Shown here piece after piece: positions 28,852 to 42,190 of a stretch of DNA of 64,000 bases. Source of the stretch: an uncultured delta proteobacterium (lineage in GTDB: Bacteria > Myxococcota_A > Polyangia > Fen-1088). Within the stretch, counting starts at the first letter, position 1, and each line of letters starts with the position of its first letter. The position numbers were made by a program, and so were the translations under genes. The notes under the pieces are model-generated. The model saw nothing but the letters and a program-made list of their open reading frames with translations, ran no database searches and was not told where the DNA came from. The stretch is taken from positions 30,469 to 94,468 of the forward strand of contig CAWGPW010000025.1 of assembly GCA_963824555.1 (NCBI GenBank). Reading direction: 5' to 3'.

Positions 28852-29733
28852 ATGAAAATCACGAATCTCTTTGCTTCGGGCAAGCGCCTGTTCTCGTTCG
28901 AGTTTTTCCCGCCCAAGACCGAGGTCGGGGCGGCCAATCTCGCGCGTACCATCCACGATCTGAAAGACCTGTCCCCGGATTTCGTCTCCGTCACCTACGG
29001 TGCGGGGGGCTCGACACGTGACCGCACCGTCGAGCTTGTCACGCGCATTCAGCGCGAAGAGGGCATGCGCGCCATGGCCCACTTGACCGCCGTGTCGGCG
29101 TCGCGCGAGCAGATCGCGAAGATCGTCGATCGCCTGGTCGAAAGCGGCATCGAGAACATGATTCCCCTGCGTGGGGATCCACCGGCGGATGCCAAGGATT
29201 TCGTTCAGCCCGCGGATGGCTTCCTCCACGCTTCCGACATGGTGGCGTTCATCCGGCAACGCCATGGAAACCGGCTGTGCCTGGCCGGGGCCGGCTATCC
29301 CGAGGGCCACCCGCAGTGCCGCGACCTCGACCGCGACATGGGAAACCTCTTGACCAAGGTGCGGGCCGGCATCGACTTCATCATCACGCAGCTCTTTTTC
29401 GACAACCGCTACTACTTCAACTTCGTCGAGCGCGCGCGCAAAGCCGGCATCACCGTCCCCATCCTCCCCGGCATCATGCCCATCACCGACGCCGTCCAAA
29501 TCGAGCGCATCACGCGCATGTGCGGGGCCACCGTGCCGCCCCTGCTGCGCACGGAGCTGGATCGGTGCCGCAACGACCCGGCGGCCACCATGCAGCTCGG
29601 CCTTGCCCAGGCCACCGCCCAGTGCATCGGCCTGCTCGCCGGTGGCGCGCCCGGCGTCCACTTTTACACGCTCAACCAGTCGCCCGCGACACGCATGATC
29701 CTGACCGCCCTCCGCATCGCGAGCTTCGGGTAG
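28852..29733 (+). CDS. metF: 5,10-methylenetetrahydrofolate reductase
   Basis: FSFEFFPPKT, FVSVTYGAGG, AHLT, LRGDPP, AGYPEGHP, ITQLFFDN, HFYTLN. Confidence 0.96.
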   Translation: MKITNLFASGKRLFSFEFFPPKTEVGAANLARTIHDLKDLSPDFVSVTYGAGGSTRDRTVELVTRIQREEGMRAMAHLTAVSASREQIAKIVDRLVESGIENMIPLRGDPPADAKDFVQPADGFLHASDMVAFIRQRHGNRLCLAGAGYPEGHPQCRDLDRDMGNLLTKVRAGIDFIITQLFFDNRYYFNFVERARKAGITVPILPGIMPITDAVQIERITRMCGATVPPLLRTELDRCRNDPAATMQLGLAQATAQCIGLLAGGAPGVHFYTLNQSPATRMILTALRIASFG

Positions 29734-29746
29734 CCGACTCGACGCC

Positions 29747-30214
29747 CTACTTGGGCGTCAGCTCTTCCTCGACGATGCGCTTGACCATGGTCGGGTCGAA
29801 CTTGCCCTTGTGGGCCTTCATGATGTCGCCCAGGACCTTGCCGGCCTGCTTGGCATCGGTGACGGCCATGCGAGCGATGGTTTCCTTGGCCACCGCGCGC
29901 ACCTCGTCCTCGCCAGCCAGCTTGGGCAGAAAGCGTCCGCACAGCTCGATCTCGAAATCGAGCTGCGGCAGGTTCTCCACCCCGCGCGGCCCGAGCCCCG
30001 CATACTCCTCGCGCGCTTTGCGCAGCTGCTTCTGGTAGGCCGTGATGACGTCCAGCCAGAGCGCGTCGTCGAGCTGGCCCTTGAAACCGGCCGCTGTCCG
30101 CCGCTCCATGTGCTTGGTCTTGATCATCCGAACACAGTCCGCGGTGCGGGCGTCCTTGCTGCGCATGGCCTCCTTGAGCAGTTCCTGAAGCTGGCTTTCG
30201 ATCGACATCGACAT
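29747..30214 (-). CDS. GatB/YqeY-domain protein
   Basis: LKEAMRSKD, FLPKLAGEDEV, KQAGKVLGDIMKAHKGKFDPTMVKRIV; GGAG RBS. Confidence 0.9.
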   Translation of the reverse strand: MSMSIESQLQELLKEAMRSKDARTADCVRMIKTKHMERRTAAGFKGQLDDALWLDVITAYQKQLRKAREEYAGLGPRGVENLPQLDFEIELCGRFLPKLAGEDEVRAVAKETIARMAVTDAKQAGKVLGDIMKAHKGKFDPTMVKRIVEEELTPK

Positions 30215-30230
30215 CGTTTTCTCCTACTTG

Positions 30231-30393
30231 AGTAAGAACCCTCGAAGGGTTCTTACCAACTCCCGCGTTGAGCTCCGCCGGGCCTAGCCCGTCGGGAGCT
30301 CACGCGACTTCTCAAGTAAGAACCCTCGAAGGGTTCTTACCAACTCCCGCGCTGCAGCTCCGCCGGGCCTAGCCCGTCGGGAGCTCACGCGAT
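30231..30393. repeat. Two tandem 84-bp units, each with two hairpins (REP/BIME-like)
   Basis: Units start at 30231 and 30315: GTAAGAACCC-TCGAA-GGGTTCTTAC, then an imperfect gcgttgagctcc...ggagctcacgc hairpin. Confidence 0.85.
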
Positions 30394-30580
30394 TCTTCCT
30401 CGCATAACTTCGCACGGACGGGGCGGACCCGTGAAGCATATTCACACCCAGGTCAGGTCTTTGCGCCACATCCATCTTGATAGACGAAGGCGAAGGCTAG
30501 CAAAATCCAAGGGTTAAGCTTGTCTTGTGTTGGCTCCGGTCTTGCTGTCGGTCTGGTAGAGCACAACCTTTCAGATCCCA

Positions 30581-31354
30581 ATGTTGCGCACGACTGCATC
30601 GATAGCGATCCTGTTCTCCACCTTCCTGGCGGCCAATGGAGCCCGCGCTCAAGAGGATGCCCCAGCGCCGCCCATCCCGCCCTTCGTCGACAGCCCGCCG
30701 GTTCCAACCCCGGGCGGCGGCTACTGCTTCGAGGGCCCCCATCCGGTCGACAGCAGGGTCGACCCCGGCGTCACCTGGGACAACACGCAAGGAAGGCACG
30801 TACACAGCTATCCGCCCTTCGACCTGCGCCTGTTCAACTTCGAGAACGGCTGCTACTACTTCGTCGGCGACCCGACCGACTTCGGCTACGTCGGCGACAC
30901 CTACAGCTACTATGGCGCGCACCCCATCCTGGGCATTTATGGTGGCGGCTGGTGCTTCATGATCGGCCCACACCACCACATCTGGCGCCCCTGGTCTCCG
31001 CTCTTCGTCACCGTCGGGCCGTGGTTCTACTGGGAAGGCCCCTACGATCCGTTCTTCTGGACCTACTGGCCGTTCTATCACTACTACTACCGCACCCACT
31101 ATTCTCGCTACTATGCGCGCGGGGCTTTCTTCCGCGGACATACAGTCGCGCCTAGAATCACCTCTGTTCCGCGGCCGCAACGCTATGAAAACGCTTGGCA
31201 CGGCGCAGGCGGCGCCATGCGAGCCCGACCGGCGCCCGCAGTGCCGCGCGGAGGGACACCGGCACCAGGCAGCGGATTCACCCCGCGCAATTTCTCGGCG
31301 CCACGCTCGGGCAGTGGCGCGCACTTCGGTGGCGGCGGACGGGTCCGCCACTAG
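30581..31354 (+). CDS. Secreted hypothetical protein, Tyr/Trp/His-rich with low-complexity tail
   Basis: Signal peptide ending ARA-QE; two GGGxCFxxGPH motifs; strong codon bias. Confidence 0.75.
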   Translation: MLRTTASIAILFSTFLAANGARAQEDAPAPPIPPFVDSPPVPTPGGGYCFEGPHPVDSRVDPGVTWDNTQGRHVHSYPPFDLRLFNFENGCYYFVGDPTDFGYVGDTYSYYGAHPILGIYGGGWCFMIGPHHHIWRPWSPLFVTVGPWFYWEGPYDPFFWTYWPFYHYYYRTHYSRYYARGAFFRGHTVAPRITSVPRPQRYENAWHGAGGAMRARPAPAVPRGGTPAPGSGFTPRNFSAPRSGSGAHFGGGGRVRH

Positions 31355-31568
31355 GCCAGAGGATGAGCCATGAGCCGCCCCATGCGGCTACGTAAACTGC
31401 CTGGTTGACGGAAGGCCAACGTGATAGTACAAGAATGATAGGCCGTGTACGTACACGGGCCATGACTAGCGCCAGCGACAGCTGGAGGAACGCACCGGCC
31501 CACGGGCGTTTCCATCGGCACCTAGATCAGGTGCTTTCGTCTATCCCGCCCACGGAGGTATGCTCTCG

Positions 31569-33049
31569 ATGAAAACAAGAAGTCTTTCGAAGGAGGCTCG
31601 CCCTGGTGGCGATCTTCGGCATTTACTCCGCGGGTTGCACCTACACATCCGCTGGCGCGGCAGGCTCGGGAGGGGCAACTGACTCAGGTGGCGCCGCGGG
31701 CACGGGAGGGGTGATGGGTTCAGGCGGAGCGAGCAGCGCAGGCGGCCAGCCGGGTTCGGGTGGCAGCGGCGGTGCGAACGCGGGGGGCTCGAATGGGGCG
31801 ACTGACGCAGGCGGCGCGATGGGCCCGGGTGGGGTGATGGGTTCAGGCGGTGTGACTGGCCAAGGCGGCCAGTCAGGCTCAGGTGGAAGCGCGAGCCTCT
31901 ACCGCGGGGCGCACCGGCTCAGGTGGCGCCACAAGCTCTGGTGGGGCGATAGGTCCGGATGCTGCGATGAGCTCTGGCGGTGCAACGAGCAAAGGTGGCA
32001 CGACGAGTTCGGGTGGCACGCCGGCTTCAGGCGGTGCGACGGGTTCCGGTGGCGCAACGGGTACGGGCGGCTCGACGACCATCAAAGGGCCTTGCGATAT
32101 CTACCAACAAATGGACAACGCCCCATGTGTAGCGGCCCACAGCACGGCTCGGCTGCTCTTGAGCACGTACACCGGCCCCCTCTATCAGGTCAGGAAAGGG
32201 GGCTCGGCGAGTGGCACAGGTGGAACAACCACGGACATCGGGTTTACCGCGGATGGCTACGCCGATGGGGCCGCCCAGGACGCGGCCTGCGGCAGCTCTG
32301 CATGCACCATCTCGAAGATCTATGACCAGTCCGGCAAGGGTAACCATCTTACCGTGGCCCCCGCGGGCGGTGCCAAGTCAACACCCGACAACGAAGCAGA
32401 CGCGAAAGCGCGCACGATCACGCTCAATGGCCACAAGGTCTACGGGGAAGATGGCAAGGTTGGGGTTGGCTATCGCAACAACAAGCCCACGGGCACCGCA
32501 ACCGGCGACAACGCAGAGACCGAGTACGCGATCTTCGACGCCACCGTCTTCAACGGCGGGTGCTGTTTCGACTACGGGAACATGGAGACCAACAGTAGGG
32601 ACAACGGCGAAGGCACCATGGAGGCAATCTACTGGGGAAATTGCACCATTTGGGGCAAGGGGTCTGGCAACGGTCCATGGGTCATGGGGGATCTCGAGAA
32701 CGGTCTTTGGGCCGGAAGCTCAACCCCCTACACTGGCAATACGTCGATAACCGGTTACAAGTACGTCACGGCCTTCGTGAAGGGCGATGCGGCCGGCAAG
32801 AACCACTGGGCCATCAAAGCTGGCAATGCACAGTCCGGCGGCCTGAGCCAGATGTTCGACGGGGCACGCCCCAGCTCAAGATACAATCCCATGCGGAAGG
32901 AGGGCGCTATCGGCCTGAATACCGGCGGTGACAACAGCAACAGCGCCATGGGGGTCTTTTTCGAGGGTGTCATGACTGCCCACTTCTCGTCCGATGCGGC
33001 CGACGACGCTGTACAGGCCAACATCGTCGCCGCGGGCTATGGGAAGTAG
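31569..33049 (+). CDS. GH54 alpha-L-arabinofuranosidase B catalytic domain, lipoprotein with Gly/Ser/Thr linker; frameshifts near 31573 (probable) and 31897
   Basis: GPCDIY, PCVAAHST, FDYGNMETNS, MEAIYWG, GDLENGL, GGDNS. Removing one C at ~31897 joins ORFs 31606.. and 31883..; removing one A at ~31573 gives the signal MKQEVFRRRLALVAIFGIYSAGC. Confidence 0.88.
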
Positions 33050-33066
33050 CAGTCGCCGCCGATTCT

Positions 33067-34983
<1,917 letters not shown>

Positions 34984-34984
34984 C

Positions 34985-37411
<2,427 letters not shown>

Positions 37412-37643
37412 GATGCTTGGCAAGGCCTGGGCCTGCCCGCCCCAAGCTACGGGAGCCGAGCCAAGAGATCAAGAAAGGAGGGCAAGACGCCCTCCGCGCT
37501 CGGTCTCTCCGCGGCCGGAGTAGCGAGTGCTGCCCAGCTTTGCTGGGCGCAACGGTTGGAGGACCGACATAGGATCCGAACCCCTTCTTTCTCCACAGCC
37601 GCTCTGCTCTCCGTGTCTCTGCGGTGAAAACCAGCCGGGCAGC

Positions 37644-38375
37644 CTAGCTTTCCGGATTCTTGCGCTTGAAGCCGCGCGGAGGCAGCCGGTCGCGGGCGTC
37701 CGGATTCGATCGCGAGTAGTCGATCCAGCGGTAGCTCGGCGGCTGGCGCACGTCCACGTGGACGAAGCCGACCTTGGGATACCAGCCCACGCCCATGCCG
37801 CCGGCGTCGAGAGTCTCGACATAGCTTCGGACCTTGCGCGGGTCGATGCCGGGAATGCGGATATCCGCCGCTGCCCCGCGAAAGTGGTTGCTGGTGGTGC
37901 GGCGCTGGAATCGGTAACCGGAGAGCAGCTCGATGCGCTTGCCTCCGAAGTGATCGTAGACGTGCGACAGGATGGTGATCAGGCGCGTGTCGATGTCGTG
38001 CTCAAGCCCGCTGCGGCGGCACTTGAAGACGTGGCTGATCTCGGCCAATGCCTTCACGCTGAACGAGCCGTCCTCGTTGTAGATGTTGACGTCGGCTTCT
38101 TCCTTGTAGTTGAGCGAGTAGATGCGCAGGTGGCCCGAGGGTTGGGCGGGCGTCTCCGTCAGCAACTCTTTTTCCGGCACCGGCCAACCGATCATCTTGC
38201 CCGAGCGCTTGCCCCGATGTTTGGTCGAGCACCTTCCCGATCGACTGTGAAAGGACACGCGCGACGCACGTATGGCACAGGTTGCGGACGCGTTGGACTC
38301 CGGGGCGCCTTCAACAGCCCCCGCGGTCCGAGTGCCAGCCGTGACGACCAGCAGCATCAACGAAAACCGCAGCAT
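37644..38375 (-). CDS. DUF882/YcbK (MepK-like) peptidase M15 family
   Basis: IELLSGYR, SNHFRGAAAD, GVGWYPKVGFVHVDVR; N-terminal signal. Confidence 0.88.
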   Translation of the reverse strand: MLRFSLMLLVVTAGTRTAGAVEGAPESNASATCAIRASRVSFHSRSGRCSTKHRGKRSGKMIGWPVPEKELLTETPAQPSGHLRIYSLNYKEEADVNIYNEDGSFSVKALAEISHVFKCRRSGLEHDIDTRLITILSHVYDHFGGKRIELLSGYRFQRRTTSNHFRGAAADIRIPGIDPRKVRSYVETLDAGGMGVGWYPKVGFVHVDVRQPPSYRWIDYSRSNPDARDRLPPRGFKRKNPES

Positions 38376-38408
38376 GTCTATCTAGAGTTAGCCGGGAACC
38401 GGCATCTG

Positions 38409-38873
38409 TCAACCTTCGATCGAGTTTTTGTTGGGCTGGCTTACAGGCGCTAACTGTAGGTGTACCAGCTCGATGCTGAGTGTTTGGGCCACCTGGAAGA
38501 TGCGATCGTCCCGGTAGAACTCGCCGTAAACGATACGGCGCAAGCCCGAATTGGCGATCTGCTTGAAGCAGCTCCAGCAGGGGCTGGCCGTTACGTACAC
38601 GGTGCCCCCGTCGATCATCACGCCGTTCTTGGCCGCCTGAAGGATGGCGTTGCTCTCGGCGTGGATGGTGGCCACGCAATGGTCGTTCTCCATCATGTGG
38701 CCCACCTCGGAACAGTGGGGCATGCCGCGAATCGATCCGTTGTAGCCGGTCGACAAGATGGTCTTCTCGCGCACGATGACCGCGCCGACGAATTTGCGAG
38801 GACAGGTCGACCGCGACGCCACCACGCTGGCGATGTTCATGAAGTACTCGTCCCAGGAAGCTCGCTTGGGCAT
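38409..38873 (-). CDS. dCMP deaminase (ComEB-like) family
   Basis: SWDEYFM, STGYNG, HAESNA, TASPCWSC. Confidence 0.92.
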   Translation of the reverse strand: MPKRASWDEYFMNIASVVASRSTCPRKFVGAVIVREKTILSTGYNGSIRGMPHCSEVGHMMENDHCVATIHAESNAILQAAKNGVMIDGGTVYVTASPCWSCFKQIANSGLRRIVYGEFYRDDRIFQVAQTLSIELVHLQLAPVSQPNKNSIEG

Positions 38874-38921
38874 GGGGATTTCTACCAAGAAACAGGCCCA
38901 AACGCCCAGCCATCCTGCCCA

Positions 38922-39094
38922 TCCATAATCCCGCGATAGCCGCAGAAGGTCGTGGCCGTGGCCGGTTGTAATTGCCCACGGCCACGGCCACGGCCACGGT
39001 AAGCCGTCTACGTCCACCCGTTATCGCTCCGACTGGGTGCGTGCATCCCTCGTGGAAAGGTGTCTCTTTCTGGTACCGCGCTGTCGCTCTTCTT
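38922..39094. repeat. Dispersed non-coding repeat family 2, copy A (with GGCCAC hexamer hairpin)
   Basis: Aligns with 45277-45410; contains GTGGCCGTGGCC ... (GGCCAC)n inverted arms. Confidence 0.75.
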
Positions 39095-39099
39095 GGCCC

Positions 39100-39278
39100 G
39101 AGATTAGGGCCCATCGTGGGGGAAGGTCGGCTCGTCATCGCACGGCGCCTTGAATACGCTACGGGCGAGACCCGCGTGTCCGACTGGGCCAGGCAACATG
39201 CTGAGTCCCTCGGCCGAACCTACGCGAGCGAGCTGCGCCGGAGACGAAAGCGCAACCTCCCCTACGCATCCGCATCTC
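39100..39278 (-). ncRNA. Rod-like structured RNA of ~180 nt, 6S RNA (ssrS) candidate
   Basis: Nested helices on the - strand: GAGAU/AUCUC, GGGGAGGUUG/CGACCUUCCCC, UUCGUC/GACGAG, CGGCGC/GCGCCG, an asymmetric internal bubble, CUCGCGU/ACGCGGG, GUUCGGC/GUCGGAC. Several G-U pairs favour the - strand; contains UUCAAG. Confidence 0.5.
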
Positions 39279-39291
39279 TTTGGTAGAGGCG

Positions 39292-41187
39292 CTATCGCTT
39301 CCGCCGCTTGCCGTGCGGCGCGGGCGGCGAAGCCCCGAGGGCGGTGAGGGCGGTGTCGATATCCTTTCTGACACACGCGTTGCCCGAGCCACCGAGAAGA
39401 CCACCGAGAAGACTACGCCGCTCGGAGCGCGCCCGGAGCAGCGGCTCGACGGCGCGCTTGTCGCCGGTCTCGCCCAGCTTCTGCACGGCCTCGCGCTTTT
39501 CCTCGCAGGTCTTGCCCTGCGCCAGGTCCAGAGCGTAGCTGTTCACCAGGTTGACCTTCTTGCCGCAGTCGAGCGTCTCGCACGCCTCGCGCGCGGCCTT
39601 GCGGAACTCGGGGCGACGATCGTCGGAAGCCAAATCAGCAAGAAGATCGATCGCGGGTTTGCCAATCTGCTGGGTCAGCATCTCCAGGGCGACGAGGCCG
39701 AGCTTCCGGTCGTTGAGCTCGCCGCGCACATTCACCAACAGGGCCGCATCGGCGCGCAGGCCAGGATCCATGCGAAGTGCTTCCTCGTAGGCTTGCAGGC
39801 CGGCGCTGGGGTTCTTGTCGGCGAATTCCAAATTGCCGAGCAGGAAGCGTACGTGTCCGTCGGTGGGATGGGCCGAGATCTGCTGCATGATGAGCACGCG
39901 CGCCTCGGTCAGAAGCCCCTTGGCCATGGTCTCTTCGATGTGCTTGATGGGCGACTCCATTTCGGCGGCAACCGGTTGGGGTTTGGGCGGCTCCAATTTG
40001 GGCGACGCCCCTTTGCGCCCGCCTCCGCCGCGCGCGAAAAGCAGCACGAGCAACAGAAGAACGACCACGCCCGGCACCGCAAAGCGCCGCGTCTTCTCGG
40101 GCAAGTGCTTGAGCACGGGGTGCGCGAGCTCGTCGATCTTGCGTTTGACGACGCCCACCCGGGCCCACACCCACCGGCCGGCCGCGATGACCACCGGACG
40201 CTTGGACCAGATCTTCGCGCCGATGGAGAACCCCATGCGCACCGACGACGCGGCAAAGCGCGCGCCCAGCTCCGCGGCGTCGGTGGACGCGTTCTCGATG
40301 GCCGTGCGAAATTCGATCGCGCTGGCGTAGCGCTTGTCGCGCTCTTTTTCCAGCACGCGCATCACCACCGCTTCGAGTACCGGCGGAATGCGCGCGTCAG
40401 GGGCGACCTCGGCGAAACGGGGCGGTGGCGCCGTGATCTGCATGCCGAGCAGCTTGACCAGGTCGGAATCCTCGAACGGCTTCCGACCGACGAGCATCTC
40501 GTACAGGATGATGCCGCACGAATAGAGGTCGGCTCGGCTGTCCGCCTCTTGCCCCGCAGCTTGTTCGGGTGACATGTAGGCGGGCGTTCCGAAGATCATC
40601 ATCCCGCGCGTCAACGGTTCGTCGCTGCCCTGGGCCTGGGTCATCTTGGCGATGCCGAAGTCCAGGATCTTCACCGACTCGGGTTTGCGCGGATCGGGAT
40701 CCCTGACCAGCATGACGTTGGCGGGCTTGAGGTCGCGGTGAACGACGCCCTCGGCGTGCGCGTGCTCGAGGGCGACCAGGATCTGTTCTGCGATATGGCA
40801 TGCGCGGGTTGGGTCCAGGCGCCCTTCGCGAGCGAGGACCTCCGCCAGTGGCTCCCCGGCCACGAATTCCATGACCAGGAACAGCTCGCCACCCGCGCCG
40901 TGGCCAAAATCGGTTACCGAAATGATATTGGGGTGGTTCAGTCGACTGGCCGACTGCGCCTCGCGCTCGAAGCGCCGCGCCGCGTCCGGCACATTGCTGA
41001 ACTCGGCGCGCAGGAGCTTGAGCGCCAACACCTTCTTCATCAAAGTGTGCTCGACGCGAAAGACCGTCCCCATGCCACCTTCGCCGATGCGGCCAAGGAT
41101 GCGATAGCGCTCGCCGATGATGGTGTCGACGAGGGGATCCCTTGCGACATTCAACATTTGCGTGGGTGCGATTTCCGAATCGGACAT
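39292..41187 (-). CDS. Hanks-type Ser/Thr protein kinase with TM helix and TPR/HEAT-like C-terminus
   Basis: IGEGGMG, LALKLL, HRDLKPAN, VKILDFG, GTPAYMSPEQ, DLYSCG; TM FAVPGVVVLLLLVLLF. Start placed at MSDSEIAP. Confidence 0.93.
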   Translation of the reverse strand: MSDSEIAPTQMLNVARDPLVDTIIGERYRILGRIGEGGMGTVFRVEHTLMKKVLALKLLRAEFSNVPDAARRFEREAQSASRLNHPNIISVTDFGHGAGGELFLVMEFVAGEPLAEVLAREGRLDPTRACHIAEQILVALEHAHAEGVVHRDLKPANVMLVRDPDPRKPESVKILDFGIAKMTQAQGSDEPLTRGMMIFGTPAYMSPEQAAGQEADSRADLYSCGIILYEMLVGRKPFEDSDLVKLLGMQITAPPPRFAEVAPDARIPPVLEAVVMRVLEKERDKRYASAIEFRTAIENASTDAAELGARFAASSVRMGFSIGAKIWSKRPVVIAAGRWVWARVGVVKRKIDELAHPVLKHLPEKTRRFAVPGVVVLLLLVLLFARGGGGRKGASPKLEPPKPQPVAAEMESPIKHIEETMAKGLLTEARVLIMQQISAHPTDGHVRFLLGNLEFADKNPSAGLQAYEEALRMDPGLRADAALLVNVRGELNDRKLGLVALEMLTQQIGKPAIDLLADLASDDRRPEFRKAAREACETLDCGKKVNLVNSYALDLAQGKTCEEKREAVQKLGETGDKRAVEPLLRARSERRSLLGGLLGGSGNACVRKDIDTALTALGASPPAPHGKRRKR

Positions 41188-41299
41188 ACCTTGGTCGGTC
41201 AGACTACCACCGCCAGCGCCGCCTGTGCGAGGTTCGCCGCTCGGAGACGAAGACACAAGGGCGACAAGGTTGTCGCGTTTTCGACCAGGCGCGCGGGTC

Positions 41300-41482
41300 C
41301 TACGTCGGGCGGCGCGCGACGTCGCGGTCATCGTTCTCGACTTGCGCGACTTCCAGGTAGCAAATGCGGAAGGTGTCGCCGCCGTAGGTGTGAAGTCCCC
41401 AGTCGACGGCGTCTTCAAGCTCGGTGAAGATCGCGGATGGAGCGTTCTGTCCATCGGGAATGATGGCGTAGCCGGAGATCAT
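41300..41482 (-). CDS. Small hypothetical protein (60 aa)
   Basis: AAGGAGG RBS 6 nt before ATG; MISGYAIIPDGQNAPSAIFTELEDAVDWGLHTYGGDTF reads like a globular protein. Confidence 0.7.
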   Translation of the reverse strand: MISGYAIIPDGQNAPSAIFTELEDAVDWGLHTYGGDTFRICYLEVAQVENDDRDVARRPT

Positions 41483-41653
41483 GGATGACCTCCTTGTGCA
41501 CAAGCGCCGTGACCGATTTCGGCTCTGCCTGACGAGAATCGGACAGCGGTGATGAAGAGCGGACGAACTTGCACGGCGAATCGTTGCACGGTGGGCTCCT
41601 TGACGGCGCATCCAGCAGTCAAAGCAATTCGCGGACCAAAGCTGCTTCGCACG

Positions 41654-42190
41654 CTACTTCTTCTTCTCGGGAGGCAGCTTCTCGTCCTTGCGCTTGTAGC
41701 CAAGGAGTCCTGGCGCTTCTTCGACGCGATAGAGACGGACGCCAACCTTGTCGCTGCGGTCCGCGTACAGCCGCGTGTGATACGGCATGTAGCCTTCGGC
41801 CTTGATCTCCAGATCGACCGGCCCGCTGCCGCGCGGTCGACTGAGCTCGGCATCCATGCTGCCTGGTGATAGCCGCGCGATCTGTTTGGCGCCCCACGTG
41901 ACCAGGGCTTTCACCGGTGGGCTCACACTGAGCTTCAGCGTCACGGTTTGAGAATACGGGTTGGACTCGCGTTCCTCGGTCTTGAGATCGTCGTCCTCGG
42001 CCTTGGGCGGCGCCTGGTTGGCCTCGGGCATGGCGCGCACGTGAGCGACCGCCAACGTACCTGGCTTGGCCGGCGTAGCGGTTGGCGTAGGTTCGACGGC
42101 GGAAGGGGCGGCCGGCGCGACTGGCTGGGGGAAACGCGAGCAGCCGCACGACAAGACTACAGCGACTGTCCACCCGTGATGCAACCTCAC
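41654..42190 (-). CDS. Hypothetical exported/lipoprotein with PEGA-like beta domain
   Basis: GTG overlaps the TGA of the upstream L,D-transpeptidase gene; VAVVLSCGC, Pro/Ala linker, VDLEIKAEGYMPYHTRL. Confidence 0.7.
   Translation of the reverse strand: MRLHHGWTVAVVLSCGCSRFPQPVAPAAPSAVEPTPTATPAKPGTLAVAHVRAMPEANQAPPKAEDDDLKTEERESNPYSQTVTLKLSVSPPVKALVTWGAKQIARLSPGSMDAELSRPRGSGPVDLEIKAEGYMPYHTRLYADRSDKVGVRLYRVEEAPGLLGYKRKDEKLPPEKKK

Noticed and set aside
30231-30393. CRISPR array suggested by the palindromic repeated unit
   Set aside because: Only two units, the intervening sequence is nearly identical rather than a unique spacer, and there are no cas genes.
31640-32080. Gly/Ser/Thr-rich repeats as a VNTR or phase-variation tract
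   Set aside because: Imperfect low-complexity linker typical of the lipoproteins here; no perfect short tandem unit.
37592-37630. ctctgctctccgtgtctctgcggtgaaaa, resembling CTCTGTG-type extragenic repeats
   Set aside because: Single degenerate half-copy with no partner in this window.
39292-41454. 720-aa kinase starting at 41454
   Set aside because: The 5-prime extension overlaps a better-supported small gene; start moved to 41187.
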